From: Mobula hypostoma
Taxonomy: Eukaryota
Assembly (NCBI RefSeq): GCF_963921235.1
Contig: NC_086109.1
Coordinates: forward strand, 3,598,001 to 3,662,000
DNA length: 64,000 nt
Direction of reading: 5' to 3'
Part shown: positions 1-11,952 of the stretch, piece by piece
Layout: every line of letters starts with the position of its first letter
Numbering within the stretch: position 1 is the stretch's first letter
Position numbers and translations under genes: made by a program
The notes under the pieces: generated by a model
What the model was told of the DNA's origin: nothing
The model's database searches: none
Seen by the model: only the letters and a program-made list of their open reading frames with translations

Positions 1-534
1 TATAATGAAATGCAAAGCTACCATTTGCATAAATCATGAGCAGTTAAATTCATTTGCCTTCTGATTTGCATAGATCAACTATTTTATTCTTGGTAGCAAC
101 AATCATTGCTTAGCGATCTGACAAAAGATTGCTTTGGGAAGTAGATGGATTTTTGACTGTAGCTTGCTGTTCTTACCCTTTGTCCTGTATGCCAGTAGGA
201 CACAACGTTGTAATGTTGTTGCAGCTATAGCAGAACATGTCGTCCCCCTTTACATTTTAAACCTTCCTCCCTCGTCATCACATTTATTTCTGCATAAGTA
301 TTGTAATTGGATAAACTCACAGGTTTTATACTGTATGGACACCTGAATGTGCCAAGATGAAAATCAAATTTAGACTTTACAAAGTGAGCAATTTCAAGGG
401 TACTCATTAATTATATAATTATGAAAAAACCTTTTTTCCATTAAGAGTGGGGAAAAAAGGCTGTTTTTAAAAACCCTGAGTTGTGTGTTATCGGCCATTT
501 GATAGTATTTGCTAAGATAAGTTGGTGTTTATTT

Positions 535-805
535 TCTATTTGATAATTGAGATGCAGTGTGGAATACGCCTTTGCAGCCACCTGGCAATCCCCCAATTTA
601 ATCTTAGCCTAATCACGGGACAATTTACAATGACCAATTAACCCACCAACTGGTATGTCTTTGGACTGTGCGAGGAAACTGAAGCATCCGGAGTAAATTT
701 TCCCCATGGTCACGGGGAGAACGTACAATCTCCTTACTGGCAGTGGCAGGAACTGACCCCGGGCCATCTGTACTGTAAAGCGCTGTGCTAACCACTACGC
801 CACCT
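535..805 (-). mobile_element. tRNA-derived V-SINE (HE1-like) with CR1-type tail
   Basis: Minus strand has an A-box-like head (GGCGTAGTGGTTAGCAC) and a V-domain-like core (CTCCCCGTG...GTTTCCTC.CACAGTCCAAAGAC). Homologous to the copies at 2910 and 34730. Confidence 0.75.
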
Positions 806-1544
806 TGCCGTTTAGGAAGTGATGTGGAATTATTCAACACACTGACTTGGTGAAACGTTGGTGAGGTTTCCATATAAACAGAGTGAACTACACTTAATGA
901 GGAAGATATACCGTGTATCTCTCCATTGTTATCTTTTTTTGTCACTTTGTTTTTTAACTTGTAAAATCTACGAAACGTTACACCACAGACCGTGCAACCT
1001 GTTAATATCGGCAGCAGTACCTTTGTGCTTTGTCTACAGGAGTGGATGTCTCTGCAAGGTCAGCATCTATCCTTCATGGGTAGAGAGTAAAGTGTAGACC
1101 AGGCTGGGTATGCATTGAGTTTCAAACCCCCTGGTGGTGATGCCATGACGCTTACTGCTGCCCAACAGCTTCAAGGCTGCCATCACTGATGCTGCCATTG
1201 CACTTCAATGTGTGAATGGCAAAGACACTAATTTGAATGGTTAGTGGTATTCACATTCAAAGTTCAAAGTAAATTTATTATTAAAGTACATACATGTCAC
1301 CATAGACAACCCCGAGATTCATTCTTGCAGGTGTACTCAATAAATCCATAGAATAATAACCACAACACAATCAGTGAAAGACTCCACCGGCTTGGGCATT
1401 CAGCCACTGTACTAAAGACAACAAATTGCAAATACAAAAAGAAAGATAACAATAATAAATAAATAAGCAATTAATATCAAGAACATGAGATGAAGAGTTC
1501 TGGAAAATGAATTCATTGGTTGTGGGAACATTTCAATGATGGGT

Positions 1545-2908
1545 CCATGGGGTCAGTGTTGGGACTGCTTCTTTTCCTGTTACCTGTCAATGATTTGTGT
1601 GATGGGATTCACATCAAAATTGCTGGTGAATGCAGCAGGCCAGGCAGCATCTCTAGGAAGAGGTGCAGTCAACGTTTCAGGCCGGGGCCCTTGGTTAGGA
1701 GGGAGTAGGGAGTCTGCAGTAGGGCTTAGACAGATTAGGAGAATGGGCAAAGAAGTGGCAGATGGAATAAAGTGTAGAGAAATGTCTGGTCATTCATGCT
1801 GGTGGAAGGAATAAAGGCATAGACTATTTTCTAAATGGGGAGAAAATTCAGAAAACAGAGGTGCAAAGGGTCTTAGGAGGCCTCATACAGGATCCCGGCC
1901 TGAAGCGTCGACTGTACCTCTTCCTAGAGATGCTGCCTGGCCTGCTGCGTTCACCAGCAACTTTGATGTTTGTTGCTTGAATCTCCAGCATCTGCAGAAT
2001 TCCTGTTGCTTGTGTGATGGAATTGACGGTTTTGTGGCCAAGTTTGCAGATAATATGAAGATAGGTGGAGGGGCAGGTAGCATTGAGGGAGTAGGGAGTC
2101 TGCAGAAGGACTTAGACGGATTAGAAGAATGGGCAAAGAAGTGGCAGATGGAATACAGTGTAGAGAAGTGTCTGGTCATTCATGCTGGTGGAAGGAATAA
2201 AGACATAGACTATTTTCTAAATGGGGAGAAAATTCAGAAATCAGAGGTACATGGGCCTTAGGAGTCCTCATACAGGATTCCCCAAAGGTTAACTTGCAGG
2301 TTGAGTCAGTGGTAAGGAAGGCAAATGCAATGTCAGCATTCATTTTGAGTGGACTAGAATATAAAAGCACGGATATAATGCCAAGGCTTGATAAGGTTTT
2401 GGTCAGATCGCATTCGGAGTATTGTGAGAAGTTTTGGCCCAAATCCAAGGAAGGATGTGATGGTGTTGGAGAGAGTCCAAAGGAGACTGATGCAAATGAT
2501 TCTGGGAATGAAAGGGTAAACGTATAAGGAACATTTGCTGGCTCTGGGCCTGTACTCACTGGCGTTCAGAAGAACGAGGAGGGATCTCATTGAAACCTGC
2601 CGAATATTGAAAGGCTTAGATAGAGTGGATGTGAAGAATATATTTCCTGTAGTGGGAGAGTCTAGGACCAGAGAGTGTGGCCTAGGAATAAAAGGATGTC
2701 CCTTCAGAACACAGACGAGAAGGAATTTCTTTAAACACAGGGAGGTGAATCTGCAGAATTCATTGCCGCAGACGGCTGTGGAAGCCAAGCTTTGGGCATA
2801 TTTAGAATGGAAATTTATAATTCTTGATTAGTAAGGGTGTCAAAGGTTATAGGGAGTAGGTAGGTGAATGGAACATAAATCAACCTTGCTGGAATGGCAG
2901 AGCAGACT
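1545..2908 (+). mobile_element. CR1-clade LINE, 3' part of ORF2 (decayed), interrupted by a Penelope-like insertion
   Basis: Frameshifted peptides KFADNMKIGG...LQKDLDGLEEWAKKWQMEY, LVRSHSEYCEKFW and RRDLIETCRILKGLDRVD...RRNFF are typical CR1 RT/C-terminal motifs. Confidence 0.9.
1610..2009. mobile_element. Penelope-like terminal-repeat insertion with inverted arms
   Basis: Arms 1610-1692 (-) and ~1895-2009 (+) are reverse complements. TSD TTGTGTGATGG(G/A)ATT at 1595-1609 and 2010-2024. Confidence 0.8.
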
Positions 2909-2909
2909 T

Positions 2910-3147
2910 TATTTATTGAGATACAGTGCCAAGTAGGCTCTTTCAGCCCTTTGAGATGTGCTGCCCAGCAACCAATTTAACCGTAGACAATTTACAATGA
3001 CCAATTAATCTACCAACCGGTAGGAAACTGGAGCACCCGGAGGAAACCCACGCAGACACGGGGAGAACATACAAACTCCTTACAGGCGGTGGCAGGAATT
3101 GAACCCAAGTCGCAGGTACTGTAAAGCGTTGTGCTAACCACTACGCG
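2910..3147 (-). mobile_element. V-SINE (HE1-like) nested in a CR1 3' UTR
   Basis: Minus strand has CGTAGTGGTTAGCACAACGCTTTACAGTACC, a GGTTCAATTCC B-box and the core CTCCCCGTGTCTGCGTGGGTTTCCTCCGGGTGCTCC. Confidence 0.8.
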
Positions 3148-4229
3148 ATCGTGCCACACACAGTGCCACGTGTGAGGCCAAGTGGCCTAATTCTACTCCT
3201 ATGGATTATGTTGTTTCTTCGCTTGGATGCCAGGTCTCATCTCTTGGTTAGAAGCAATCCTGTCACGTGTATGTGCACTGGGAATCTGTCAGACCTTGAC
3301 CGTCTCTCAGGAAGTTCACTTGCTCCTTTAACCGGTTGATTCCATGAACTACAGGCTCACTTTCAGGAATTCTCATGTTCTCATCATTATTTTTTTTTAT
3401 TTGCTCGTTTTTATCTTCTTTTGCACACTGGTTGTTTGTCAGTCTTTTTTTTATGTCTCGATTTTCATAAATTCTCCTTTATGGTGACATCTACATACTT
3501 TGTTAATAAATTTAGTTTGACTTCTGCAAGCACCACCGAGCTGGCTCGCAGTAATGAGGAAAAACAGATTTGCAACTTGGGTAGTTTGAGAGTTTATCAG
3601 CACACGGACATTTATAAAGATTTTTTAAAGTTTGTAACAGGATTATCTGCAGCTGAGCGGATTTCTAATGAACAGGGACATTTGTTTTGTTATATTAATG
3701 TGGAGCTATTGTGTGTTAGCAGCTGTGAAATGCAGTTCCAGGAGCCTGAATCCCAACAGCCTCACAAAGTGAGTTCCACTGCCGTGCATTGCATTCCAAA
3801 CATGGCCGTGTTTACGGAAGAGAATTCCAATAAATCGGTAGAAGCAAATGGAGATATTAGTTCTTCATCCACAATAATTGCACAGAGTGGGCAGGTGCAA
3901 GTGACCAGAGCAAGACATCAAAGCAAATAAAAACCATGAATTGACACACCTCTCGTGAAGAGTTTATACCCGCTTGTTGGGTTATTCATTATGTGTCAAG
4001 CATCGGTTTATTTTCTAACCCCGTGATTTAAACAGTTTGGTGACACTTCTCTTTGGATCTTTGAGATCCACGCCTGTGTATAAAGCCTTCATTACTCATC
4101 TAGGACGGACAGAGATGGAGGAACCAAGAACATTGTGTTGATTCAGCCCTGCCACACAATGGCTGAAGAGAGTCACCAAACACCTTAATCAGCAGTAACC
4201 CAACCTACCTACATCCTGTAACTCCGACC

Positions 4230-5190
4230 ACACTCTGTGACCCCAACCACACCCCGTGACCCCGCCCACACCCCGTGACCCCACCCACACCCCGTGACCC
4301 CACCCACACTCCATAACCCCACCCACACTCCATAACCCCGCCCACATCTCGTGGCTCTGCCCATAAACAGTAGCCCTGCGTATCCATGCCCCATACCACA
4401 CCCACATAGAGTAACCCCACCTGTCCACACCCCATAACTATGCTCACAAACAGTAACCCCACCTATCCATGTCCCATAACACTGCACACACAGCAGTCTT
4501 GCTTCTCCTTGTCATGTAACACCGCCCACACACAATAACCCTGCCTATCCACACACCGTAACCCAACACACACTCAATAACCCTGCCTGTCCACACACCG
4601 TAACCCAACACACACTCAATAACCCTGCCTATCCACACACCATAACCCAACACACACTCAATAACCCTGCCTATCCACTCACCATAACCCAACACACACA
4701 CAATAACCCTACCTATCCCCACACCGTAATCCCGCACACACACAGTAACCCCACCTATCTATGTCCTGTAACACTGCACACACAGCAATCTTGCTTCCCC
4801 TTGTCCTGTAACACCGCCCACACACAATAACCCTGCCTGTCCACACACCGTAACCCAACACACACACAATAACCCTGCCTGTCCACACATGGTAACTCCG
4901 CACACACAGAGCAACCCTACCTATCCACACACAATAACCCTACCTATCCACACACCGTAACCCAACCCACATGCTGTAATCCCGCACACACACAGTAACC
5001 CCGCCTATCCATGTCCCGTAACGCTGCCCACACACACAGTAACCCCGCCTATCCATGTCCCGTAACGCTGCTCACACACACAGTAACCCCGCCCATGCAC
5101 TGTGTCTTTGCCCATGACCTGTAACCCTGCCCATGCCGCGTAACCCTGCCCATGCCCCATAACCCTGCCTATGACCTGTAAGCCCTCCCA
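4230..5190. repeat. C/A-rich compound minisatellite (units ~19-20 and ~42 bp)
   Basis: Repeated units CCCCACCCACACCCCGTGA and ACACACAATAACCCTGCCTATCCACACACCGTAACCCA. Explains the repetitive minus-strand ORFs here. Confidence 0.9.
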
Positions 5191-5411
5191 TCACCACAGG
5201 AAAGAGCACAATCTCATTCCTATGATGGTCATGGCCATCACTGTATCCCCTGCCCGTCAATATCCCAGGGATCAGTACTCAGAAACTCAGCTTGAGATGC
5301 CTACTGTGGTTGTAAGAGCAAGTAAGAGGCTAGGGATCCAGTAGTAAGTACCATAGCTCTCAACGCTGTAAAATCCTCCAACTACCCACAAGGCACATGT
5401 AAGAGCGCGAT

Positions 5412-5507
5412 CCACATCAAAGTTGCTGGTGAACGCAGCAGGCCAGGCAGCATCCCTAGGAAGAGGTACAGTTGATGTTTTGGGCTGAGACCCTTCGTCA
5501 GGACGCA
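5412..5507 (-). mobile_element. Short Penelope-like terminal-repeat insertion
   Basis: Homologous to the PLE terminus at 14731-14826. TSD TAAGAGCG(C/T)GAT at 5400-5411 and 5508-5519. Confidence 0.8.
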
Positions 5508-6304
5508 TAAGAGCGTGATAAACACTCTGCTGAGCTCAACACTGTTGGAGGCAAAGCTGGACACGGTTGATGCACTGTTCTCTCCCCCAAGTCTTCACTC
5601 CCTCTGACACCGGGCAGACTTCTGATTCATTTATTTATCCCATGTACATGGAAACACGCAGTGAAATGCTTTGTTTGCGCCAACAACCAACACAATCTAA
5701 GGACGTGCTGGGGGGGGGGCAGCCCGCAAGTTTGGCCACACATTCGGGCACCGACATAGCACGTCCACGGTCTTCAGCAGAGCTACACAAACACCAACAA
5801 CAGCAAAGCAAGTCTCTTTCCCACCCACTGATACACTCACAGGCCTCCAACCCCAGGACTGGCCACCTCCTCCGGGACTCCAGCCCGGCCGTGACAGGCG
5901 GCTGCAGTGTTGACCATTCAGGGGCCCACCCAGACTACCACACCTACCAAGCCCCGCCTGCCGACTGACAGGGTGGACAAGGGTGACAGGCACATGGCAG
6001 CACAGCCTCAGTCCAGGACTTCCTCACACAACAGACCTGTGTGAGTTCCTTCACTGTATGGGTCACAGTGGTTAGAACATAGAACTTAGAATAGTACAGC
6101 ACATTACAGGCCCTTCGGCCCACAATGTTGTGCTGACCCTCAAACCCTGCCTCCCACATAACCCCCCCACCTTAAATTAGAGCAAGTGGTTCAATCCCAT
6201 CTGCAGGAGTGAATTTAGGGATAGCCAATAAATGCTGGCCTCTTCAAGACCAGAAAATGGATGAATAAATAAATATTTTTATAAAGTTAGTAACGGAAAT
6301 AGAG

Positions 6305-6700
6305 GGGTCAAGGGCACAGCCTCAGAACAGTGCAAGGGTTCCCAACCTTATTTATGCCATGGACCTCCTACTGTAAACCGAGGGGTCCGTGAACCCTAGA
6401 CTGGGAAATCCTGTAATAGAGTGGTGTCTGTTTAGAACAGAGATGAAGAAAAATTTCTTTAGCTGGAAGGTGGTGAATCTGTGAAATTCATTGCCACAGA
6501 CAGCTATGGAGACCAAGTAACTGGGTATATTAAAAGTGGAGTGTAATAGGATCTTGATTAGTAAGGGGGTCTGAGGTTGTGGGGGGGAACAGGCAGGAGA
6601 ATGGGGTTGAGAAGGATAACAAATTCGCTGTGATGGAATAGCAGAGCAAACTCGATGGGCCAAGTGGCCTAATTCTGCTCCCGTGCCCTATAGTCTTACG
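6305..6700 (+). mobile_element. CR1 3' end fragment containing an hAT MITE
   Basis: AGGGCACAGCCTCAGAA...AATTTCTTTAGC...GGTGGTGAATCTGTG...GGCCTAATTCTGCTCC, shared with the other CR1 tails in the window. Confidence 0.8.
6333..6413. mobile_element. ~80-bp hAT-family MITE
   Basis: Termini CAAGGGTTCCCAA...CTGGGAAATCCTG; homologous to 48959-49038; splits a CR1 tail. Confidence 0.75.
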
Positions 6701-7549
6701 ATGTGAGCTTCGTGGAGATTTGCTCCGCTATATGATGAACTGAGAGCAAGGCTTTGGGCCTACTCCGGCTGCTCCGGGGAACCAGATCCATGGACTCAGT
6801 TTGGTTCGGAATGCTGCTGCTAGCTTCCACTGTTTGCACGATTTCTGTTTTTTCTCCTTCTCCGTGTATTGGGTGTTGGTCTTTCTTTTTTCAATTGGGT
6901 TCTTTTGGGCTTCTTGCTTTGTGGCTGCCTGTAAGCAGACAAATCTCAAAGTTGTATAATTTATACATACTTTGATAATAAATGTACTTTGAATCCTTTT
7001 TGAATCGTTGAATCTCTCTGGCAAAGTTCAACGTTAATTTGTTATCCAAGTATGTAACTGCTACCATATACTATGGGATTCATTTTCTTGCAAGGTATTT
7101 ACAGGAAAAATAAGTAAATACAATGGAATCTATAATAAACTATACCATCAAACAAAGACCAACAAACAACCAAACAAAGATGGACAAGCGATAAGCAGCC
7201 CAAGGCCACATAAGCCTTTCCACTATCAACACACATTGACATTTGCTGAAAGCAGAGATTTATTGCATAAATATTGCTATTGACAGAGAGTGGGGGTCAC
7301 GTGGTACATACAGCAGGCAGGAGGAGGCCAACTGGGCCATTAGTTCCATACTGGCTATCAAGGAGCAGTTGCCATCGTGCCATCCCGTCAACTCATGCAT
7401 AAGCACCAGGGGGAACATAGGACAGCCCAGCACAGGAACCGGTTCCTTGGGCCATTTTCTCTGTTCCGCCATGATGCCAAATCTATCTAATCCCTTCTGA
7501 TTAGACGGGACCCACATCGGAATCAGAATCAGGTTGATTCATCATCGCC

Positions 7550-8165
7550 GTCATCGTTATGTGCTGTGCTGTATGATGCGCCAATCGTGGTCTTCCATCT
7601 GTCCTTAATCTCAGAAGTTCTAATAAGCTCTTCAAAACGTTTTTGCCCGTCCATCCCTTGATGTTGTACCTCACGAATGTCATGCACTGTCGACCTTGAC
7701 TTTTTCTTCCAGCAGGCTTTCCCGTCACCGCAAGATGTTTGAGCTTCTCTTTCCTCAGTACATGTCCCAGAAATTCCAGCTTCCATTTCCTGATTGATGA
7801 TGTCGGCTCTCTTCTTATTCCGGCGTTTCGCAACACTTCCTCATTTGTTACTCTGTCCTTCCACGATATTTTCATCACTCTTCTCAAAAACCACATTTCT
7901 GCAGCTTCATTTTTCTTCGATGTTACCCATCATTCACTTCCATGTGTTAATGTGGAATGAAGGTAGCATCGCAGCACTCTGAGTTTCGTGCCGATAGAAA
8001 TTATGTTATTCTTTAGTATCTTTCTCAAACGCTTGAAAGTGCATTCAGTAATGGCAATCCTTCTAATTTTAACATCAACCCTATCATCAGATGTGATTGC
8101 CCTCCCTAACTAATTGAATTTCCATGTTTGTTTAATTGCTGCATTGCCCAGTTTCAGTTTATTAT
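7550..8165 (-). mobile_element. RTE-clade LINE, 3' ORF fragment
   Basis: MWFLRRVMKISWKDRVTNEEVL...KLEFLGHVLRKE...GKPAGRKSQGR is the characteristic RTE C-terminal region. Confidence 0.85.
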
Positions 8166-8167
8166 CT

Positions 8168-8428
8168 GGTGGAGATGTGTCTCTACCAAAGGAGGTGTAA
8201 GACACTCCTACCCTCTGCTAGCCTGCAGGTCCCCCTTAGACAAGGTGTAGCACCTGTTTAGCCCCCCCTCCACCCATCTCCGATCAGGGTCATGTGAAGT
8301 CATGGGAACAGGTGGTGGATGGTTGTATGAGCAGCTGGTGCACATCACAAGTCCTGGTTATGCGACCACTGACACCAGGCAGACGGTCTCTGAAGAGTAT
8401 TGATAATGGTTGGGGGTCACCCGTCTTT
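8168..8428 (+). mobile_element. Short non-autonomous RTE-associated repeat (copy 1, 3' truncated)
   Basis: GGTGGAGAT..GTCTCTACCAAAGGAGGTGTAAG head shared with copies at 17965, 20430 and 43835. Confidence 0.7.
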
Positions 8429-8784
8429 TATAAGGGGAGATTGTTTTCTCTGGAGTGTCGGAGGCTGCGGGGAGACCTGATAGAAGTTCTTAAAAGTGTG
8501 AGAGGTGTTGACAGGGCAGAGAGAGTCTTTTTCCTGGAGTGAAGACACAGAGCATGGTGAGTGTCTGGAATGGGCTTCCATGGGTGGTGGTGGAGACAGA
8601 AATGGCATTAACATTTAAATGTTACTGATTAAGACAGTTGAACAGGTAGTAAATGGAGAGTTAGGGACCATTCATAGGCAGGGGAGATTGGTTTAGACTG
8701 GGATCATGGACAACAGAGACTCTAGACCTGTATTTTAGAAGGATGAATGGAATCCCATTGAAACCTATCAAGCATTGAAAGGTG

Positions 8785-9068
8785 TGGCGCGTGGCCAAGT
8801 GGTTAGGGCGTTGGGCTAGCGATCTGAAGGTCATGGGTTCGAGCCTCAGCCGGGGCAGCGTGTGTGTCCTTGAGCAAGGCACTCAACGACACAATGCTCC
8901 AGTCTACCCAGCTGAGAATGGGTACTGGCAAATGCTGGGGGTTAACCTCACGATAGACTGGCATCCTATCTGGGGGGGGGAGTTTCGTACTCTCAGTCGC
9001 TTCACGCCACGGAAACCGGCATAAGCACTGGCCTAATGCCACAAGGCTCGTGACAGACTTTAATCTTT
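8785..9068 (+). mobile_element. tRNA-derived SINE
   Basis: A box TGGCCAAGTGG, B box GGTTCGAGCC, core GTGTCCTTGAGCAAGGCAC. Interrupts a CR1 fragment, with AAGCATTGAAAGG repeated on both sides. Confidence 0.8.
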
Positions 9069-9749
9069 AAAGCATTGAAAGGCCTGGGAGTCATAAGAAT
9101 GAAAAGATGCTCCTTTATAACAGAGGTGAGGAGGAGTTGTTACTTTAGTGAATCTGCAGAAGTGATTGGGTATATCTAAAGTGGAGTGTGAATGGCTTTA
9201 GATTAGTAAATGTGTCAAAGGTTATGGGAAGAAAACAGGAGAATGGTGCTGAGTGGGAAAATATATCGACCATGATTAAAAGGCAGAGCAGACTTGATGG
9301 GCCGAATAGCCTAATTGTGTTCCTATATCTTATGATGGGCTGTGGGGCATGTTCTACTGCTCTGCTGTTCTGCCTTGTATGTAATCATCAGGATGGTGTG
9401 CAGATTCTCTGCTTGCTACAGATTATGCTGCAGAAGGCTGGGCTTGTTGGAAGAGGGAACTGCCTGCTCTCCCTGGGTCATTTTCACTGGTCCTGGACCC
9501 TGCCGGTGTCGTCTCTTGGAGAAATCTTAGGGGATGGGTTCTAGCCAACCAAAGTACTCCTGTTTCAACTTTGAGACTGTAGGGCACAGGTCTTTGCTGA
9601 ACTGAACTGTGTGTGTCAAGGGCTCAGGTCTCCAAGGGCAGACGGTGGGATTTAACCTGCATCCTAAAACTGGCTGCAGTGTTTCAGCTGTTTGTCCTCC
9701 TGTTGTGACAGGGTTCGATGGGGCTGTTGGAAACATAACACTACAAATA

Positions 9750-10980
9750 TCAGAATCAGGTTTAGTATCACCGGCATACGTCATGAAATTTGTTGTCTTT
9801 GCAGCAGCAGTAGAATGCAATACATAATAATAAATAAACAGGAATTACATTATATATATTGAATTGAATTGACTTTATTGTTTACATCCTTCATATACGA
9901 GGAGTAGAAATATTTATGTTATGTCTCTGTCTAAATATGCAATGTGCAATTTATAATAAATAGTATGTACAACAGAACAGTACAAGATGTTTAAATATGA
10001 ACGGTCAATATAACATAGAAATACAGTTGTGTTAGCATGAATTAATCGTCTGATAGCCTGGTGGAAAAAGCTGTCCCGGAGCCTATTGGTCCTGGCTTTT
10101 ATGCTGTGGTACCGTTTCCTGGCTTTTATGCTGTGGTACCGTTTCCTGGATGGTAGCAGCTGGAAAAGTTTTTAGTTGGGGTGACTCGGGTCCCCAATGA
10201 TCCTTCGGGCCCTTTTTACACACCTGTCTTTGCAAATGTCCTGAATAGTGGGAAGTTCACAACTACAGATGCACTGGGCTGTCTGCACCACTCTCTGCAG
10301 AGTCCTGCCATTAAGGGAAGTACAGTTCCCATACCAGGCAGTCAGGATGCTCTCAACTGTGCCCCTATAGAAAGTTCTTAGGATCTGGGGGCCCATACCA
10401 AACTTCTTCAACCGTCTGGGGTGAAAAAGGTGAAAGATTTAATATATGCATTAAATATTTAAATTAACTAAGTAGTGTATAAAAGAAATAAAAAGTAGCG
10501 TTCATGGGCTCCATGTCCATTAAGAAATAGGGTGACAAAAGGAAAGAAGCTGTTTCTGAATGGTTGAGTGTGTGCTTTCAGGCTTCTGTACTCCTCCCTC
10601 ATAGTAACAATGAGAATATGGCATGGCCAGGGTGATGGGGGTCCTTAATGATGGACACGACCTTTTTGAGGTGCCACTCCTTGAAGATGTCCTGGATACT
10701 ACAGAGGCTAGTGCTCATGATGGAGCTAACTAAGTTTACAACTCTCTGCAGCTTATTTTGATCCTGTGCAGTAGCCCCTCCCCACCCCACCATACCAGAT
10801 GGTGGTGCAGCCAGTTAGAATGCTCTCCACGACACCTTTGTAGAAACTTGCGAGTGTCATTGGTGACATAGCAAATCTCCACAAACTCCGAATGAAATAT
10901 AGCCACAGTCATGTCTTCTTTATAGCTGCATTGATATGTTGGGTCTAGGTTAGATCCACAGAGTTATTGACACCAGGAAT
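9750..10980 (-). mobile_element. Nested Rex/Babar-type LINE 3' fragments
   Basis: Peptides KKFGMGPQILRTFYRGTVESILTAWYGNC...RIIGDPSHP and KLQRVVN...IIKDPHHPGHAIFSLL. Confidence 0.8.
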
Positions 10981-11537
10981 TTGATCTCTCATAATTAATA
11001 GTAAATCTGAAGCAATTTTACTGTGTATGTGTGTGTGTGTGTGTATACTAGAGAGAAATGTTTAGAGTTTTTCACAGTGCTGTCAAAGATTATTTTGTTT
11101 TCGAACCATTCAGTTTTTAAATTCTTTTTGTCAGACCCGGTTCTTGATCAAGTTCCACACTGCTGATTTGTTACTTTTGATTGATTGCTGCATTATGAAC
11201 TTAATGGCCCATAATTTGCTGTCAAAACAGTGGTGAGGTTAATGGAGTTTGCTGTTCTTTCTATACCAAGAATGCGACAACCTCAGGCAAGCGGATACAA
11301 GGCTGAACTCACCACTTGACCACTATCTTTTGTGACGAGGAATCCTAATGTCCACCTCTGCTGTAGTGCATTCAGTGCAATCTTGGTTTGAAACAGTGGA
11401 CTTGTTCAACTCACCAAAGAAAATGACATCTTGCCTGAGGTTAACCGTCTGATCTGTGGAACAGCCTTCTACGGTGGAAAGTTGGCTACTTGATTCTCAT
11501 TCCATCATGTTTTAAGTAGAGTTAATTGGGAAGAAAG

Positions 11538-11890
11538 CAACACTCACAAAATGCTGGAGAAAATCAGCAGGATGGGCAACATCTATGGAAAAGAGTAAAC
11601 AGTTGACATTTTGGGCTGAGACCCTTATTCAGGGCTGAGAAGGAAGGGAGAAGATACCAGAATAAAAAGGTGAATGGAGGGGAAGGAGGCTAGCTGGAAA
11701 GTGACGGGTGAAGCCATGTTTGTGGGAAAGGTCAGGGCTGGAGACAAAAGAATCTGATAGGAGAGGAGAGTGGGCAAATGGAGAAAGGGAAGGAGAAAGG
11801 GACCCAAGGGAAAGTAATAGACAGGTGTGAAGAAGTGAAAGGTCAGAGTGGGGAGTAAAAGAAGTGGACAAGAGAAATTGGGAAGAGCTG
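11538..11890 (-). mobile_element. Older Penelope-like 3' terminal fragment
   Basis: CAACACTCACAAAATGCTGGAG start, degenerate hammerhead region and purine-rich tract, as in the younger copies. Confidence 0.7.
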
Positions 11891-11952
11891 TTTTTTGGGC
11901 AAACACACTTGTCATGGTCTGCAAAGGGGTCCCTTTAAATTTACCTTGTTTA

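Noticed and set aside
3421..3930. 169-aa ORF ending QVQVTRARHQSK, superficially like the plexin QVTRVP junction
   Set aside because: Non-ATG start inside a repeat tail, no recognisable domain, and it lies upstream of the exon it should follow.
4230..5190. Interstitial telomere
   Set aside because: TAACCC occurs singly within longer units, never as tandem hexamers.
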